From: an uncultured virus (IMG/VR IMGVR_UViG_2663762966_000001)
Lineage: Duplodnaviria > Heunggongvirae > Uroviricota > Caudoviricetes
Virus record (IMG/VR): IMGVR_UViG_2663762966_000001
Span: 1 to 64,000 of that record
Length of the DNA stretch: 64,000 nucleotides
Reading direction: 5' to 3' (one strand)
The position numbers and the translations under genes are program-made. Shown here one piece after another: positions 29,564-39,895 of the stretch. The notes beneath the pieces are model-generated. The model made no database searches, had not been told where the DNA came from, and worked only from the letters and a program-made list of their open reading frames with translations. Each line of letters starts with the position of its first letter. Positions within the stretch are counted from its first letter, which is position 1.

Positions 29564-29863
29564 TTATAATCCGCTAGCAGGTTCTGTAGGCTCTTCTGCC
29601 TCAGTAGGTACAATTTGAAGTACATTACCTTTCAAGCCATTAATTTGATCTAGGTTATCTAGCAATTGTTTATGAGCTTCGTCACCGATCAAAGTGAATG
29701 TGACCTTTTGACCAGCTTGTACCAAAACTTGCGTAAATGGTTCGGTAATGTCACTTAAACCGTTATTTTGAAGTGTAATACTTCGTTCAGTAGGATGATC
29801 ACCAACAGCATCCATAATTGGGTTCGTGCCATCAATAATGAAAATAGTCATCTTGTTACTCAA
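29564..29863 (-). CDS. Small capsid-operon protein, paralog of the C-terminus of 29856..30482
   Basis: ITLQNNG...EP.TQV.V.AG.K...Q.L.NL.Q..GL shared with the neighbour. Confidence 0.55.
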   Translation of the reverse strand: MSNKMTIFIIDGTNPIMDAVGDHPTERSITLQNNGLSDITEPFTQVLVQAGQKVTFTLIGDEAHKQLLDNLDQINGLKGNVLQIVPTEAEEPTEPASGL

Positions 29864-30482
29864 CAGTTAGATTCTTACCAAGCCCCTTCAACTGACGTAA
29901 GTTTTCCAGTACTTGATGTTTAAATGTTTGGTTATGACACGTAATACTTGCTGTTTTACCTGCCTCAATAGCAACACGTGATAACGGTTCTAAAACTGTT
30001 GAAAATCCGTTATTAGTAACTTTAATAACTAGCGGATCCACGCTACTCCCACCTGATACTGTTAACAAATCCGTAATGGGAGTATTAACTTTAGAAGTAT
30101 CAGTTTCTTTAAGGACATGATCCGATTCCGTCCCCACATCATCACCAGACTTACCACCATTTGAATCTAGATCATTTGAAGGTTTGACAGAATCATTCGA
30201 TGTTTCAGTTGGATTTCCATTTTCTTGAGTATTGGACTCTTCATTATCTGAATCGCCATTTTTCAAATCAGTAGGTTTATTACCTTCATCTTGAGATGCG
30301 CCGTCTTCAGGACCTTGGCTATTTAACAAATCACCTTGGTCTGAAGCTTTTTCATCACCAGCTTGGGTATTCTGTGTTTCTGTAGTTTTATTGGTTTTAT
30401 TACGTGTGTTTTTTTGTTTAGTAATCGCTTGTTCGTCAGTTGAAGCTAAAGTTTCGTCAGTGTTTTGTGTTGCAGCAGCCAT
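29856..30482 (-). CDS. Capsid-operon protein with disordered N-terminus
   Basis: Low-complexity N/D/S/T region plus conserved C-terminal domain. Confidence 0.55.
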   Translation of the reverse strand: MAAATQNTDETLASTDEQAITKQKNTRNKTNKTTETQNTQAGDEKASDQGDLLNSQGPEDGASQDEGNKPTDLKNGDSDNEESNTQENGNPTETSNDSVKPSNDLDSNGGKSGDDVGTESDHVLKETDTSKVNTPITDLLTVSGGSSVDPLVIKVTNNGFSTVLEPLSRVAIEAGKTASITCHNQTFKHQVLENLRQLKGLGKNLTVE

Positions 30483-30545
30483 GAGATTTTCCTTTCAATA
30501 AATAGGGTAAAAAGGCGCATCGAAATGCGCCCTTATCTGTTTTAC

Positions 30546-32324
30546 TTACGAATTTTTGAGAGATGGCATATTGATACAGTGGATGACATAGCTTTGATCA
30601 GCATAACGTTCTAACGGGTTCATTTCGGCTGCTTGAGCACCGATTAAAGTAAGTACTGATTCACGCGCATCTGGTCGAGTTTCAATAACTGAAAGAGGCG
30701 TTTGAATAAAGCCAACGAACGGCGCACGAATTGGCTCATTACCACGACCAACTAAAAGCATATCAAACGCTGTATCTGCTTCAGCTACAAGCTCTTGTGC
30801 TGTCGGTGCGTGGTAAACGTTTGTACCATCTGCAAGAGTACCAATACGGACAATTTGACCATAACCAGCAGTGTATCCGGTTTTAACTGGCATCTTGTCG
30901 CTTGACAGTTGATTAAAGAATACTGACCCAGTATCGCCAACATATAAGTCAAATGCTACGGTAGAGCCACCAGTACGTTGGTTAATATCCAATTTGGCAG
31001 CTGCAATAAATTTATTTACTTCCGCAAACAAGTCACCTGAAGTATTAAATGCAGCTGCTAATTTTCCAGTCACACCACGAGAAGCATCAAAAGTAACTTC
31101 ACGAGCGGAGTATTCAGCTAAATCTTTTGCTTCACCTAATAAACGTACAGTTTGTTCTAAGAAGATTTTACCTTGAACAATTGCTAAAGCCTGACCCAGA
31201 AAACCAAGCTTAAGTTCGTTAGTTAACTGAGATTGTAATAGTGTTGAAGCTGTTACCCGTGCCATGATAGGTGACGCAATCAATGTTTCATATTCAGGTT
31301 CGAAATCAACACCAACTGGGGTTAATAGATAGTTATCATTACCATCACGCGCATCAAAATCCGCCACAAGATGAACTTCAATTTTCGCACCAGCTGGTAA
31401 TGCTTCATTTAATGTCACGCTAATTTTGCTAGCTGAAATGTCAATTTCGCTACCAACTACACGATATTCAACGCCGTTTACTACTACGTCTTTCTCAGCA
31501 ATAGCAGAAATCTTGCCTGAAAATTTTGATTTACTGCGATTTCGAGTATGCGCAACTTCTTTACCATTGATCTTAATAGATACATTACCCGCAATAAATG
31601 GCAATAAACTCGCTTTGGCGTCAGGTGTTTTAGCCTTGAAGTCTTCATAACCAGTTCGTGCAGTCACAGTATAAGTTGCACCTGCGCCACCATTAGACAA
31701 TGCAAAACGGAATCGTCCTTCAACATAAGGCTTAGAAGCATTTGCACCATCTAAGTATTCTGATTTCTTCATTGCACCAAAATCACGGTTGGTGATAAAG
31801 CGAATAGATACAATCGGTACTTCATTTGAGCCATTTGAGTTGGGAATCATAGCAACGATAGGTGTTGCATAAGCGATAACGTTGGCGATAGTAGCAACTG
31901 TAATTGCTGGAACGATGCTTACAGATTCATGATGCTGGTGATTTACATCATCAAAACCAGATTCATTAATACTATCGTAATAGCTAAGGGTCTCGGCAGG
32001 CAAAGCAACTGCTTGTTTCGCACCACTTAAACCAGCAGTTAATGCAGCTGCAATGATTGAAGGATGTGGTAATTCACCTCCATGACGTGATTGATATTGT
32101 GATACCCCAAACATCACAGCTTTATCAACTTCTGGCGCATATTCGATACCAATTGAATCAAAAATTGCTTTTAATACTTCTGGGTACTCATCTGCCGCTG
32201 TTTGAGCACTGTCAAACCCATTTTCAAGCTCTTCAGGACTTTTGAAATAGTAATTTCGGCACTGAACAGTAGCTAGTTGTTGAGCATCATACTTTTTACG
32301 AATTTCTTCTGTTAACACAGTCAT
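30546..32324 (-). CDS. Major capsid protein (P1 gp23-like)
   Basis: 592 aa; resemblance to P1-type capsid precursors; own promoter and downstream terminator-like hairpin. Confidence 0.7.
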   Translation of the reverse strand: MTVLTEEIRKKYDAQQLATVQCRNYYFKSPEELENGFDSAQTAADEYPEVLKAIFDSIGIEYAPEVDKAVMFGVSQYQSRHGGELPHPSIIAAALTAGLSGAKQAVALPAETLSYYDSINESGFDDVNHQHHESVSIVPAITVATIANVIAYATPIVAMIPNSNGSNEVPIVSIRFITNRDFGAMKKSEYLDGANASKPYVEGRFRFALSNGGAGATYTVTARTGYEDFKAKTPDAKASLLPFIAGNVSIKINGKEVAHTRNRSKSKFSGKISAIAEKDVVVNGVEYRVVGSEIDISASKISVTLNEALPAGAKIEVHLVADFDARDGNDNYLLTPVGVDFEPEYETLIASPIMARVTASTLLQSQLTNELKLGFLGQALAIVQGKIFLEQTVRLLGEAKDLAEYSAREVTFDASRGVTGKLAAAFNTSGDLFAEVNKFIAAAKLDINQRTGGSTVAFDLYVGDTGSVFFNQLSSDKMPVKTGYTAGYGQIVRIGTLADGTNVYHAPTAQELVAEADTAFDMLLVGRGNEPIRAPFVGFIQTPLSVIETRPDARESVLTLIGAQAAEMNPLERYADQSYVIHCINMPSLKNS

Positions 32325-32478
32325 TTTAAACCAGCCTTTGGCTTTCTATGTAAGATGCAGAAAGTCTGACATGGCGTATTTTTACTAAAACTGGTCGGTT
32401 CCAAACATAAAAAAGTCCCCAAAATTGAGGACAAAGAAAATGTAGCTAAAGGACCATCTCAGCCCTTTATTTATATAG

Positions 32479-32781
32479 CTATCCGCTTACACCACTTGAA
32501 ACATAAATCTCCACATTATCACCTGCTTTCACTTTATAACGGAGCTTATCCCAGCAATGCTGTCTAAACGGTTCAGTATCGGGCGCAGCAGCTGTTAATG
32601 TAAGAATAGACACCCAGTGAGAATCGTTTTGCGGATCTGCATATGGAATATTGCTTCCGAAAAACTCTACTTCTGCCCCGTTCCCGATTACCTGGTAATT
32701 GAATATTGCAGAAGTACATTGTTCAGCCATTTCAATGTCGCCTGTCTTTTTACCTTTTTCATTGAAAATTAAATAGCTCAT
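32479..32781 (-). CDS. Hypothetical virion protein
   Basis: 100-aa ORF coupled to the upstream gene. Confidence 0.5.
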   Translation of the reverse strand: MSYLIFNEKGKKTGDIEMAEQCTSAIFNYQVIGNGAEVEFFGSNIPYADPQNDSHWVSILTLTAAAPDTEPFRQHCWDKLRYKVKAGDNVEIYVSSGVSG

Positions 32782-33326
32782 TTAGTTTCTCCATCACCTA
32801 TAGGTGAAATAAACAAATCATCTCTACGGTTTAAAACATACTTACTGCCAAAATCTGCCATGAGGCTAAAACCAGTAATATTTACAATCTCAAACCACAA
32901 CATTAGGTTTTCATAAATCATTAAACCTAAAAGATCACCTTCTTTAAGAATCAAGTCAGGGATGTTGATTATCCTTTCCAAAACATCATCCAATTCTTCA
33001 TTGAATGTCTCTACTTGAGCGGTTAGCACCAAGTCAGATGGGTTATTCATTGAGAAGTTCTTTTGAATATAACCACCATTAAATTTATCGAAATGAACAT
33101 AAGCAGCGCCCTTATATTCATACTTGTAGTTGGGTTCGTCTTGAATCGATAAAGTGTTCGCTTCAAAAGAAAGAGGATCTAAAGGTTTTGAATCTTCAGC
33201 CGGATTATTGAAAACTACTTCTTTTCGCCAAATTTGCGCGGGAATACTTGCTAGAGCATTCATCACAACACGTCTAGCTGCTAAACGGCGTCCATTTGCA
33301 ACTTGATTTACTGATCTATTTAGCAT
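32778..33326 (-). CDS. Hypothetical head/neck morphogenesis protein
   Basis: 182-aa coupled ORF. Confidence 0.45.
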   Translation of the reverse strand: MLNRSVNQVANGRRLAARRVVMNALASIPAQIWRKEVVFNNPAEDSKPLDPLSFEANTLSIQDEPNYKYEYKGAAYVHFDKFNGGYIQKNFSMNNPSDLVLTAQVETFNEELDDVLERIINIPDLILKEGDLLGLMIYENLMLWFEIVNITGFSLMADFGSKYVLNRRDDLFISPIGDGETK

Positions 33327-34446
33327 TTCGACTTAAACCCTTCATAAAGACATTTAACATGTCATTGTCGATTGCGCCTGATTTATGTAAGGCTTGAATT
33401 CTTTCAATTTGACTTGCTCTAACAGTTTCCACTTCAAAACGTTTGAGGGTTTTTAATTCGCGTTCTAAGAGCTTTTTGGCAACTTTATCAGCTCTACGCA
33501 TCATTTCTTTTTCTGCTTTTTGGATATTGGCTTTGATTGGCTTAACAGAACCATTCATCAAATCCATTACTTGCTCGTTAATTGAATTCTGTATTTGCTT
33601 ATCTGTTTGCTTATACCGTGCACCTACTTGTTTCTTACGGTCTTTCTCTACTTCCTTTTTAAGGTAGGCAATCCCTGCTGGTGAACTAATCCACTTAACA
33701 ACCCGCAATACATGCTTACAAGCCACACCGGATAAATGCGGGTTACGTATTTTCGGAAAGCCGCCCTCATCACGTCCCAAATTGTAGCCGCCAATAGTTG
33801 CCATATAGCGGTACCAGAACGTATGACGTTCGCAGTCACACTGAAATTTGATTTTGCCTTTAGCTAAGCGGTTTTTAACAGTGGTTAATGCCTGCTTGTC
33901 GATATCAAATACGACAGATTTAAAGTTTGAAAACTCAATCTCAACGTGATGATTTAAGACTTTACTATTTGGACCGGCATTCGTAAGTAAGTGCACTAAT
34001 CCAGCTTTTCTGCTTACTGGAACCGCCAAATAGATTTGCTCATTTGCCCGGTCAATATCGTCTTGTCGGCTTAAATTAATGATGTTTTGAGGGGTAATAC
34101 CCTTACTATACTGATCTTTTAATAGTTGAATGTTTTCCTGAAATGCCAAGATATCATCACGGGTAATACGCCGTGGTACTTCTCCATTTCGCTGACCTAA
34201 TGTTGTAAAAAGTACCCTTTCGACATCATATTTTTCCCCTTGGGCAATATCTTGTGGTCGCAAGAACATAGGTTTAGGGATCTTTCGTCCCCAATCATCA
34301 TATTCAATTTCTTTTTCTGCAAATGCCCGCTGTTCTCTATCTGCACGCTGGCGGCTCTGTTGATCTCTACGAACTCCACCATTTTGCAAAGACTGGTTTA
34401 ATTGCAGCTGGGCACGGCGTAAATCATCTGGCTTGAATGCTGACAT
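33316..34446 (-). CDS. P1-type morphogenesis protein with SWIM-like Zn finger
   Basis: CDC...ACKH motif. Confidence 0.55.
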   Translation of the reverse strand: MSAFKPDDLRRAQLQLNQSLQNGGVRRDQQSRQRADREQRAFAEKEIEYDDWGRKIPKPMFLRPQDIAQGEKYDVERVLFTTLGQRNGEVPRRITRDDILAFQENIQLLKDQYSKGITPQNIINLSRQDDIDRANEQIYLAVPVSRKAGLVHLLTNAGPNSKVLNHHVEIEFSNFKSVVFDIDKQALTTVKNRLAKGKIKFQCDCERHTFWYRYMATIGGYNLGRDEGGFPKIRNPHLSGVACKHVLRVVKWISSPAGIAYLKKEVEKDRKKQVGARYKQTDKQIQNSINEQVMDLMNGSVKPIKANIQKAEKEMMRRADKVAKKLLERELKTLKRFEVETVRASQIERIQALHKSGAIDNDMLNVFMKGLSRNAK

Positions 34447-34447
34447 T

Positions 34448-34726
34448 TTAATTATCCTGCAAGTATTCTTTTTGAAGTCTTAAAAGATCAACAAGCCTTG
34501 GAAAAGCCACCTTATTAAGAGGTAACTTTTCCCAAACGCCGTTCACACCACACGCCACAAGTACTGCATCAATATGGTTTCTTGAACCATATATTTTCAA
34601 ACTCAACAGTGATGGATCTTGAGATTCATCGTCTTTGATTTCCCAAACAATCAGATTCTGAATATTATTTTGTTGAAGATTCCGGTGAATTAAGTCTCTA
34701 ATAGCATTTCGATAATCATTTCTCAT
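34448..34726 (-). CDS. Small baseplate protein (tail-X/LysM-like)
   Basis: DESQDPSLLSLKIYGSR...VLVACG pattern. Confidence 0.5.
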   Translation of the reverse strand: MRNDYRNAIRDLIHRNLQQNNIQNLIVWEIKDDESQDPSLLSLKIYGSRNHIDAVLVACGVNGVWEKLPLNKVAFPRLVDLLRLQKEYLQDN

Positions 34727-34740
34727 ACTGTTTTACCTAT

Positions 34741-36279
34741 TTAAGCTTTAACAGTACTTACACGAGCAAAGCCACCAGTACCTGCTTTACCAGTGTTACC
34801 ATTACTTTCGGTTGCAACACCAGGTTCACCAACAACTAAAGTCATATACTGAGTTTTTTCGGTTGAATTCACATATCGGCAAATGAGTAAACCACCACTT
34901 GCACCACCACCACCAAGTGCCCAGCCATCATCACCTACACCATTAGCACCATCACCACCAGCACCCCAGTTTGATACTGGACTTACTGATGCGCCGCCTT
35001 TGTGGTTTGTTTGGTTTGCAGCTGTACCAGCGTTACCAAGCTTGCGTGAAATTTCGGTTATGTTTGATGTCACAGTGATTACACCTGCTAAACCACCAGC
35101 ACCATTTGAGAAAGCACTACCATTCGACCACTGACCACTGGTACCGCCTTTACCGCCGCCAACAACCGCCAAATCAAGTTCATTTAAACGTAAGCGTGTA
35201 TCTGTTCCACTGGTCCCATGTGCCAATGCTCCTAACTCCCAGACACTGCCACCACCAGCACCACCAGCACCAACCAAAATGAATTCTTTTTGTTCTTTCG
35301 GTTGAATTGGAATGATATAAACACCTGGGACTGTGTAATCGCCGTTTCCATCGTTTAGTGTTTCTGCAGCTACCTGAACAACGGACCAATTCACAGTACC
35401 TGAATACCCTATCCGGTTTTGACCTGAGCGGTCCCAAACTTCATATGAAAAACCCTTTTCAGCACGGGTAAGCTTCCATGCTTCATGTGGGCTTTCTGGT
35501 GTTAAATAGATTGCATACTTTGAATCACGTAAATCAGTAACTTTGCCACCTAGTTCAACTGTGGCTGAGCTACCAATATTTACACCTGCTCCAATTAATT
35601 TTGGATATTGAGCATCTAAGTTTTTCTTGAAATCGATTAACTGCTGTAACAAATTTTTGGAACTAAGATCTAGATCATCAATCTGTTGTTGTAAATCATC
35701 GTCTTTGGCTTTTACATCTTTTTCAAATGCATATTGGGGGTGCGGATCCTCATGCTGATTATGTTCAGTCATGAGCTTACGAATTAACGCGCCGTATTGT
35801 GGGTGTGGATCTTCATCTGCACTATGCTGGTTCATCAACATCACTGCAATTGGAGTATTTGGATCAATTTTTATAGTTACATTTTTTAAATTAACGTCAG
35901 TTAAAACAAATCCAAAAGTAACGATAGCAACCACGTTTGCATGCAGTGACATGATTGATTGAACTTCTGTAGTTGACGCCACTGCAAGTAAAGTGCCATC
36001 TGATAGATATATACCTAACTCAAACACTTCCATTGTTAAAGTTGGCTCAATACTCATCACAAAACGCAAAGTTCCAGTTTCTGTGTCTACACCACCACCA
36101 TTAAGCGAAAATCTGGCTAATTCATTTTTAAGAGAAGTTAGGTTTTTCGCTTCAACTGATGCATCAAATTTGCCGGTACCAACAGCAAGATGAGTAAGCT
36201 CCCCACCAAAGCTAGCAACATCGCCTGCTTTATTTAATGCATTCCGACCTGCGTCAGTTAAAAAGAAATTAATAGCCAT
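34741..36279 (-). CDS. Tail fibre protein with glycine-rich C-terminal domain
   Basis: LTDAGRNAL...THLAVGTG...L.NE..R N-terminus; DPHPQY repeats; GAGGAGGG domain. Confidence 0.75.
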   Translation of the reverse strand: MAINFFLTDAGRNALNKAGDVASFGGELTHLAVGTGKFDASVEAKNLTSLKNELARFSLNGGGVDTETGTLRFVMSIEPTLTMEVFELGIYLSDGTLLAVASTTEVQSIMSLHANVVAIVTFGFVLTDVNLKNVTIKIDPNTPIAVMLMNQHSADEDPHPQYGALIRKLMTEHNQHEDPHPQYAFEKDVKAKDDDLQQQIDDLDLSSKNLLQQLIDFKKNLDAQYPKLIGAGVNIGSSATVELGGKVTDLRDSKYAIYLTPESPHEAWKLTRAEKGFSYEVWDRSGQNRIGYSGTVNWSVVQVAAETLNDGNGDYTVPGVYIIPIQPKEQKEFILVGAGGAGGGSVWELGALAHGTSGTDTRLRLNELDLAVVGGGKGGTSGQWSNGSAFSNGAGGLAGVITVTSNITEISRKLGNAGTAANQTNHKGGASVSPVSNWGAGGDGANGVGDDGWALGGGGASGGLLICRYVNSTEKTQYMTLVVGEPGVATESNGNTGKAGTGGFARVSTVKA

Positions 36280-36351
36280 AACCCACCCATATGATTTATT
36301 GATCTATGGTAGTTACGGCAAAAAGGTTCGGTGGGGGGCAGTTCCACAAAA

Positions 36352-38343
36352 CTAATCATTTTCTTTTTCGGCAGCTTCTCTTAAAGCACTGAATCTTGAC
36401 TTACGTTCAGCTTGTTCACGGCCTTCTGGTGTATCGTCAGTGACATTTACAGTTTCGTAAGCTTCAGTGTAATGAACGTTTTCTAAGAATAAGAAGGCAA
36501 AAGCATCACCAATATCCGGTGATTTAATTCCCATCCGTTTCATTTCGTCTTTGCTTAAGATTTTATAACGAGCAAAGTCATCAAAACGGTATGGAACGTG
36601 GATTAACTGATCTTTAATTTTCACATTGTGTTTCTTCGTTTTTATTTTAAAACGGCCACTTGCGATTGCTCGAGCTAAGCCAACATAAGCTAATGACCTT
36701 TTATTTGTAAACTCTTTTCTATTGTCATTACTAAAACATTGTGAGCCCCAATAAACAGGAACGTAGAAAATACCTTGCTTTTTAAGGTATTGGCCTAAAC
36801 CTTTACCCGCCCCGTTATCATCTACAACTAAGTTAGCATTTGGGTACTGTAAAAGTAGCTCATTAATCTTTGCAAATAGTTCTAAGATATCATCTCTGTT
36901 TTTGCATAATGGAATATCTACAACTTCTACACGGCGTGCGCGCTCTCCCCATTGCGATTCACCCCAAACTTTAGAAACAACAATTACTGAATCGTCACGG
37001 CCGACACCACCACCAACGTCAACCGTAATGACATAGCCGAATTGATGGTCATCAAAAATACTGGCGCCAACATACATTTCTTCAGTTTGACGCTTGGTAA
37101 TTAAGAACTCGTCTGATAAGTCTGGGAATTCACCTAGAACACGAATCTTATACTGGGCATCTTCTCTGCTTCCGTATTTTTGCCGTTGTTCTTCTAAGGA
37201 CTGCTTACTAACTAGTGGTGACTCTTCACCATTAAATGTGAGAGCAATCCATACCCCACCTGCTCGATGACTTAACTTATGATGAGTTTCATAGAACATC
37301 CCCGCGTTACGGGTAGGCTGAGAGGTCATTACTGCACGGTTGTCTTCGTGCGTTAAGGCACCAAATGCTACATCAAGTACGGCATCATCTACACCACTGG
37401 CCTCATCGACCCAGACCATGTAGTTATCGCCGTGGTTACCTGCTAAGTTTGTAGGTTGATGTTTTGGTGCTGTCTTCGCAAAGACATACCATTTTTCTTT
37501 GTAGCCTTTGATGTATACAAGTTCAGATTGGTACCCAACATAATCAGCAAGCCAAGCCAAAGGCCCTTGCTTCAATCGTGCTAGATTGATACTGATTTCT
37601 TTCCACACTTGTTTCTTTAACTGCCCAATCTGCGGAGCAGTAAACATCATGATGGATTCATCAAAAAACAAGAGATGCCATAAGGCAACAATACCGGCAC
37701 TGGCCGTTTTACCAGTGTTATGAAGTACTAAGTCATCTTCACCCAAGAAAAATGGATCTGGATCGAGTACAAAACCGTAATATTTACCTTCACCTAGCTC
37801 AGTAACCGATGTAATTTTTAAAGGCTTATGTTCCCCATCTATAAGCCTATAAGATGCAAACTGTTCCCTACTTTCAGGTTTAAGGTTCATATATTGAGAA
37901 ACAAGCAATTCAATCTTGTCGCCCTTTGACCACCCGTTACCATCGTATAAAGAAATTAAGCAAAGAATATGTGATTTATTGAATGTATGAGCTTTACCAT
38001 TCTCATATTCAAACCGGAACATTTCCTGATAACCGGTTACTGTTTTAATTACATCTAGTTCTGTCTTACCATCTGCAGCAAGAATTTTATGATTTAGATT
38101 AATACGCTCAACTGGGATAAATTCCCCATTGGCTAATTTGATTAAAGTCCCTTTACCAAAGCAACCATGCCCCGATGCTACTGAAGTACGGCTACCATCA
38201 AATGCAATAGATTCAAAAAGTAATTCTTGTTGCCATGTGGGTTCGACACCTAATGCTTCTACGGCGAAAGCATAGATGTCGTATCGATAACGCTCACAAA
38301 GTTCCCACCATTCGGGAATTTCTTTTAATGGTGCCAAAGCCAT
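36352..38343 (-). CDS. Terminase large subunit (P1 PacB-like) interrupted by a mini-intein
   Basis: SGHG|TGKT Walker A split by the intein; VDEASG Walker B; RNase H-like DVGGG.GRD C-domain. Confidence 0.9.
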   Translation of the reverse strand: MALAPLKEIPEWWELCERYRYDIYAFAVEALGVEPTWQQELLFESIAFDGSRTSVASGHGCFGKGTLIKLANGEFIPVERINLNHKILAADGKTELDVIKTVTGYQEMFRFEYENGKAHTFNKSHILCLISLYDGNGWSKGDKIELLVSQYMNLKPESREQFASYRLIDGEHKPLKITSVTELGEGKYYGFVLDPDPFFLGEDDLVLHNTGKTASAGIVALWHLLFFDESIMMFTAPQIGQLKKQVWKEISINLARLKQGPLAWLADYVGYQSELVYIKGYKEKWYVFAKTAPKHQPTNLAGNHGDNYMVWVDEASGVDDAVLDVAFGALTHEDNRAVMTSQPTRNAGMFYETHHKLSHRAGGVWIALTFNGEESPLVSKQSLEEQRQKYGSREDAQYKIRVLGEFPDLSDEFLITKRQTEEMYVGASIFDDHQFGYVITVDVGGGVGRDDSVIVVSKVWGESQWGERARRVEVVDIPLCKNRDDILELFAKINELLLQYPNANLVVDDNGAGKGLGQYLKKQGIFYVPVYWGSQCFSNDNRKEFTNKRSLAYVGLARAIASGRFKIKTKKHNVKIKDQLIHVPYRFDDFARYKILSKDEMKRMGIKSPDIGDAFAFLFLENVHYTEAYETVNVTDDTPEGREQAERKSRFSALREAAEKEND
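37717..38163 (-). mobile_element. 149-aa mini-intein (Hint only)
   Basis: Starts CFGKGT, ends YYGF...LVLHN followed by Thr; too short for a homing endonuclease. Confidence 0.9.
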
Positions 38344-38362
38344 ACCGTAAAAACACCATTAC

Positions 38363-38875
38363 TTAAAAGATTGAAAAAGGAAGCATTGTTGGATCTACAG
38401 CATCTTCTTCAAACTGATTCCCTTCAGTAATTGAAAAGCCTTTGGCAATTTTCGTACTAGCCCAAACAGCTAATAGAATTGCAATGTGTCCATTGTTTAA
38501 GCTGCTGCTATCAAATTCTTGCTGAAGGCCGTTTTTATCGACCTTACGGATTTCAAGTACGTTTTTAGGGTTGTACTGGTTTAGCTTCGGCTCAATTTCA
38601 ATTAACTTTGCTCTGAAACGAGCTTGGTAAATTGAAATCACTTCTTCTAAGTGCTCTTTAGCATTGAAACTTAATTGCCAATTCTGTACTTGATCCGGTG
38701 AGTCAGTTACTACAACTGTTTGATCTCTTAAATCGCTTGGTACGGGCAAATTTGAATAAACAGCTGTTTTTTGAATAACAAGCTCACCTGTATCAGCAAA
38801 TGCCGCTCCAATAAGTCGAATTGGTTGATCCGAAAACCCAGCAACACGGCTGTCTATACGAATAATTCCAGACAT
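38363..38875 (-). CDS. Hypothetical protein upstream of the terminase
   Basis: ATG at 38875 with AAGGA RBS. Confidence 0.55.
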   Translation of the reverse strand: MSGIIRIDSRVAGFSDQPIRLIGAAFADTGELVIQKTAVYSNLPVPSDLRDQTVVVTDSPDQVQNWQLSFNAKEHLEEVISIYQARFRAKLIEIEPKLNQYNPKNVLEIRKVDKNGLQQEFDSSSLNNGHIAILLAVWASTKIAKGFSITEGNQFEEDAVDPTMLPFSIF

Positions 38876-38886
38876 TACATTTATCC

Positions 38887-39087
38887 TTAGCGCCGTTTGC
38901 GTTCTAACTTGGTTTGGCATTCAATGCAGAATTTCACGCCACCTAAAGCACGGCGGCGCTCTGGTATTTCTTCACCACATTCAACACATTCTTTTTCAGA
39001 TTCGCCTTCAAAACGGCATCGGTTTGCAATTTCTTGCTGCAATAAATAATCAGCACTTTCTTGTGCCTTATCGATTAAGTCAGTCAT
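38887..39087 (-). CDS. TraR/DksA C4-type zinc-finger protein
   Basis: MTDLIDKAQE...CVECGEEIPERRR...CIECQ. Confidence 0.9.
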   Translation of the reverse strand: MTDLIDKAQESADYLLQQEIANRCRFEGESEKECVECGEEIPERRRALGGVKFCIECQTKLERKRR

Positions 39088-39895
39088 CTATACGCTCAAC
39101 TGTAATTTCACCTGTTTCTCTATCACCCTTCACACGCTGGTGATCGAGTGATGTGTACTGATCAGCTTGCACTACAACTTTGTCGTTGATTGCGGGCTGT
39201 TCCGTTGCTGAGCCGTCAGGTTCATAGCCATTACCTGTGTTGTTGTCGAATGGACCACCGAAACCGATAACGTTAGGTGTATAACCCACAAGCTGAATAT
39301 CTACAGTTGAGATAGAAAGATTGATTGCTTCGCTTGGGACTGGTGATGGAAAAAGTTCATTTTCAAAAACAGTGAATGTTGAATTAACAACATGATCATT
39401 CCATTGCTGAAATGGCACATTAAAACGGCGGTTATCGCTGCTAGACATGTATGCGCAAAACTGCCCAATGACTGAACGCAGATCATTGGGATTGGTGGCA
39501 AAGAAAGCGATTTGAGCACGTACAGTTGTCGGCACCAGACGAACCTTCACCCGTTTCTCATCAATGACCGTTTCAATAAAATCAGGCACTGGTAGTAATT
39601 GATTTACATCAGGGGGTTGGTCAGTTAACGCTGTTGCAGTAAGCATTACAGGTAAAATCACTTTGGATTCTTCCTCATGCTTCTGGCTTTTTCTATATTC
39701 AGAAAGCATTGCTTCTGAATCGTCCATCATCCGTGACGGACATGCTTTTATAGCGTTACCAATGGCTCTCAACTTCCAGTCAGCCGTTAATTGGGTCTCA
39801 GGCATATACCAAGCACGAAAATTGACAAGCTGCTTATACCAAGCGTTTTGGATGCATTTAAGCGAATCGTTGGGGTAATTCATTATTACCCCCAT
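39080..39895 (-). CDS. Hypothetical morphogenesis (tail completion/neck-like) protein
   Basis: 271-aa coupled ORF. Confidence 0.45.
   Translation of the reverse strand: MGVIMNYPNDSLKCIQNAWYKQLVNFRAWYMPETQLTADWKLRAIGNAIKACPSRMMDDSEAMLSEYRKSQKHEEESKVILPVMLTATALTDQPPDVNQLLPVPDFIETVIDEKRVKVRLVPTTVRAQIAFFATNPNDLRSVIGQFCAYMSSSDNRRFNVPFQQWNDHVVNSTFTVFENELFPSPVPSEAINLSISTVDIQLVGYTPNVIGFGGPFDNNTGNGYEPDGSATEQPAINDKVVVQADQYTSLDHQRVKGDRETGEITVERIDD

Noticed and set aside
34741..36279. P1-type invertible tail-fibre segment (cin/cix)
   Set aside because: No serine invertase, inverted fibre copy or flanking inverted repeats seen
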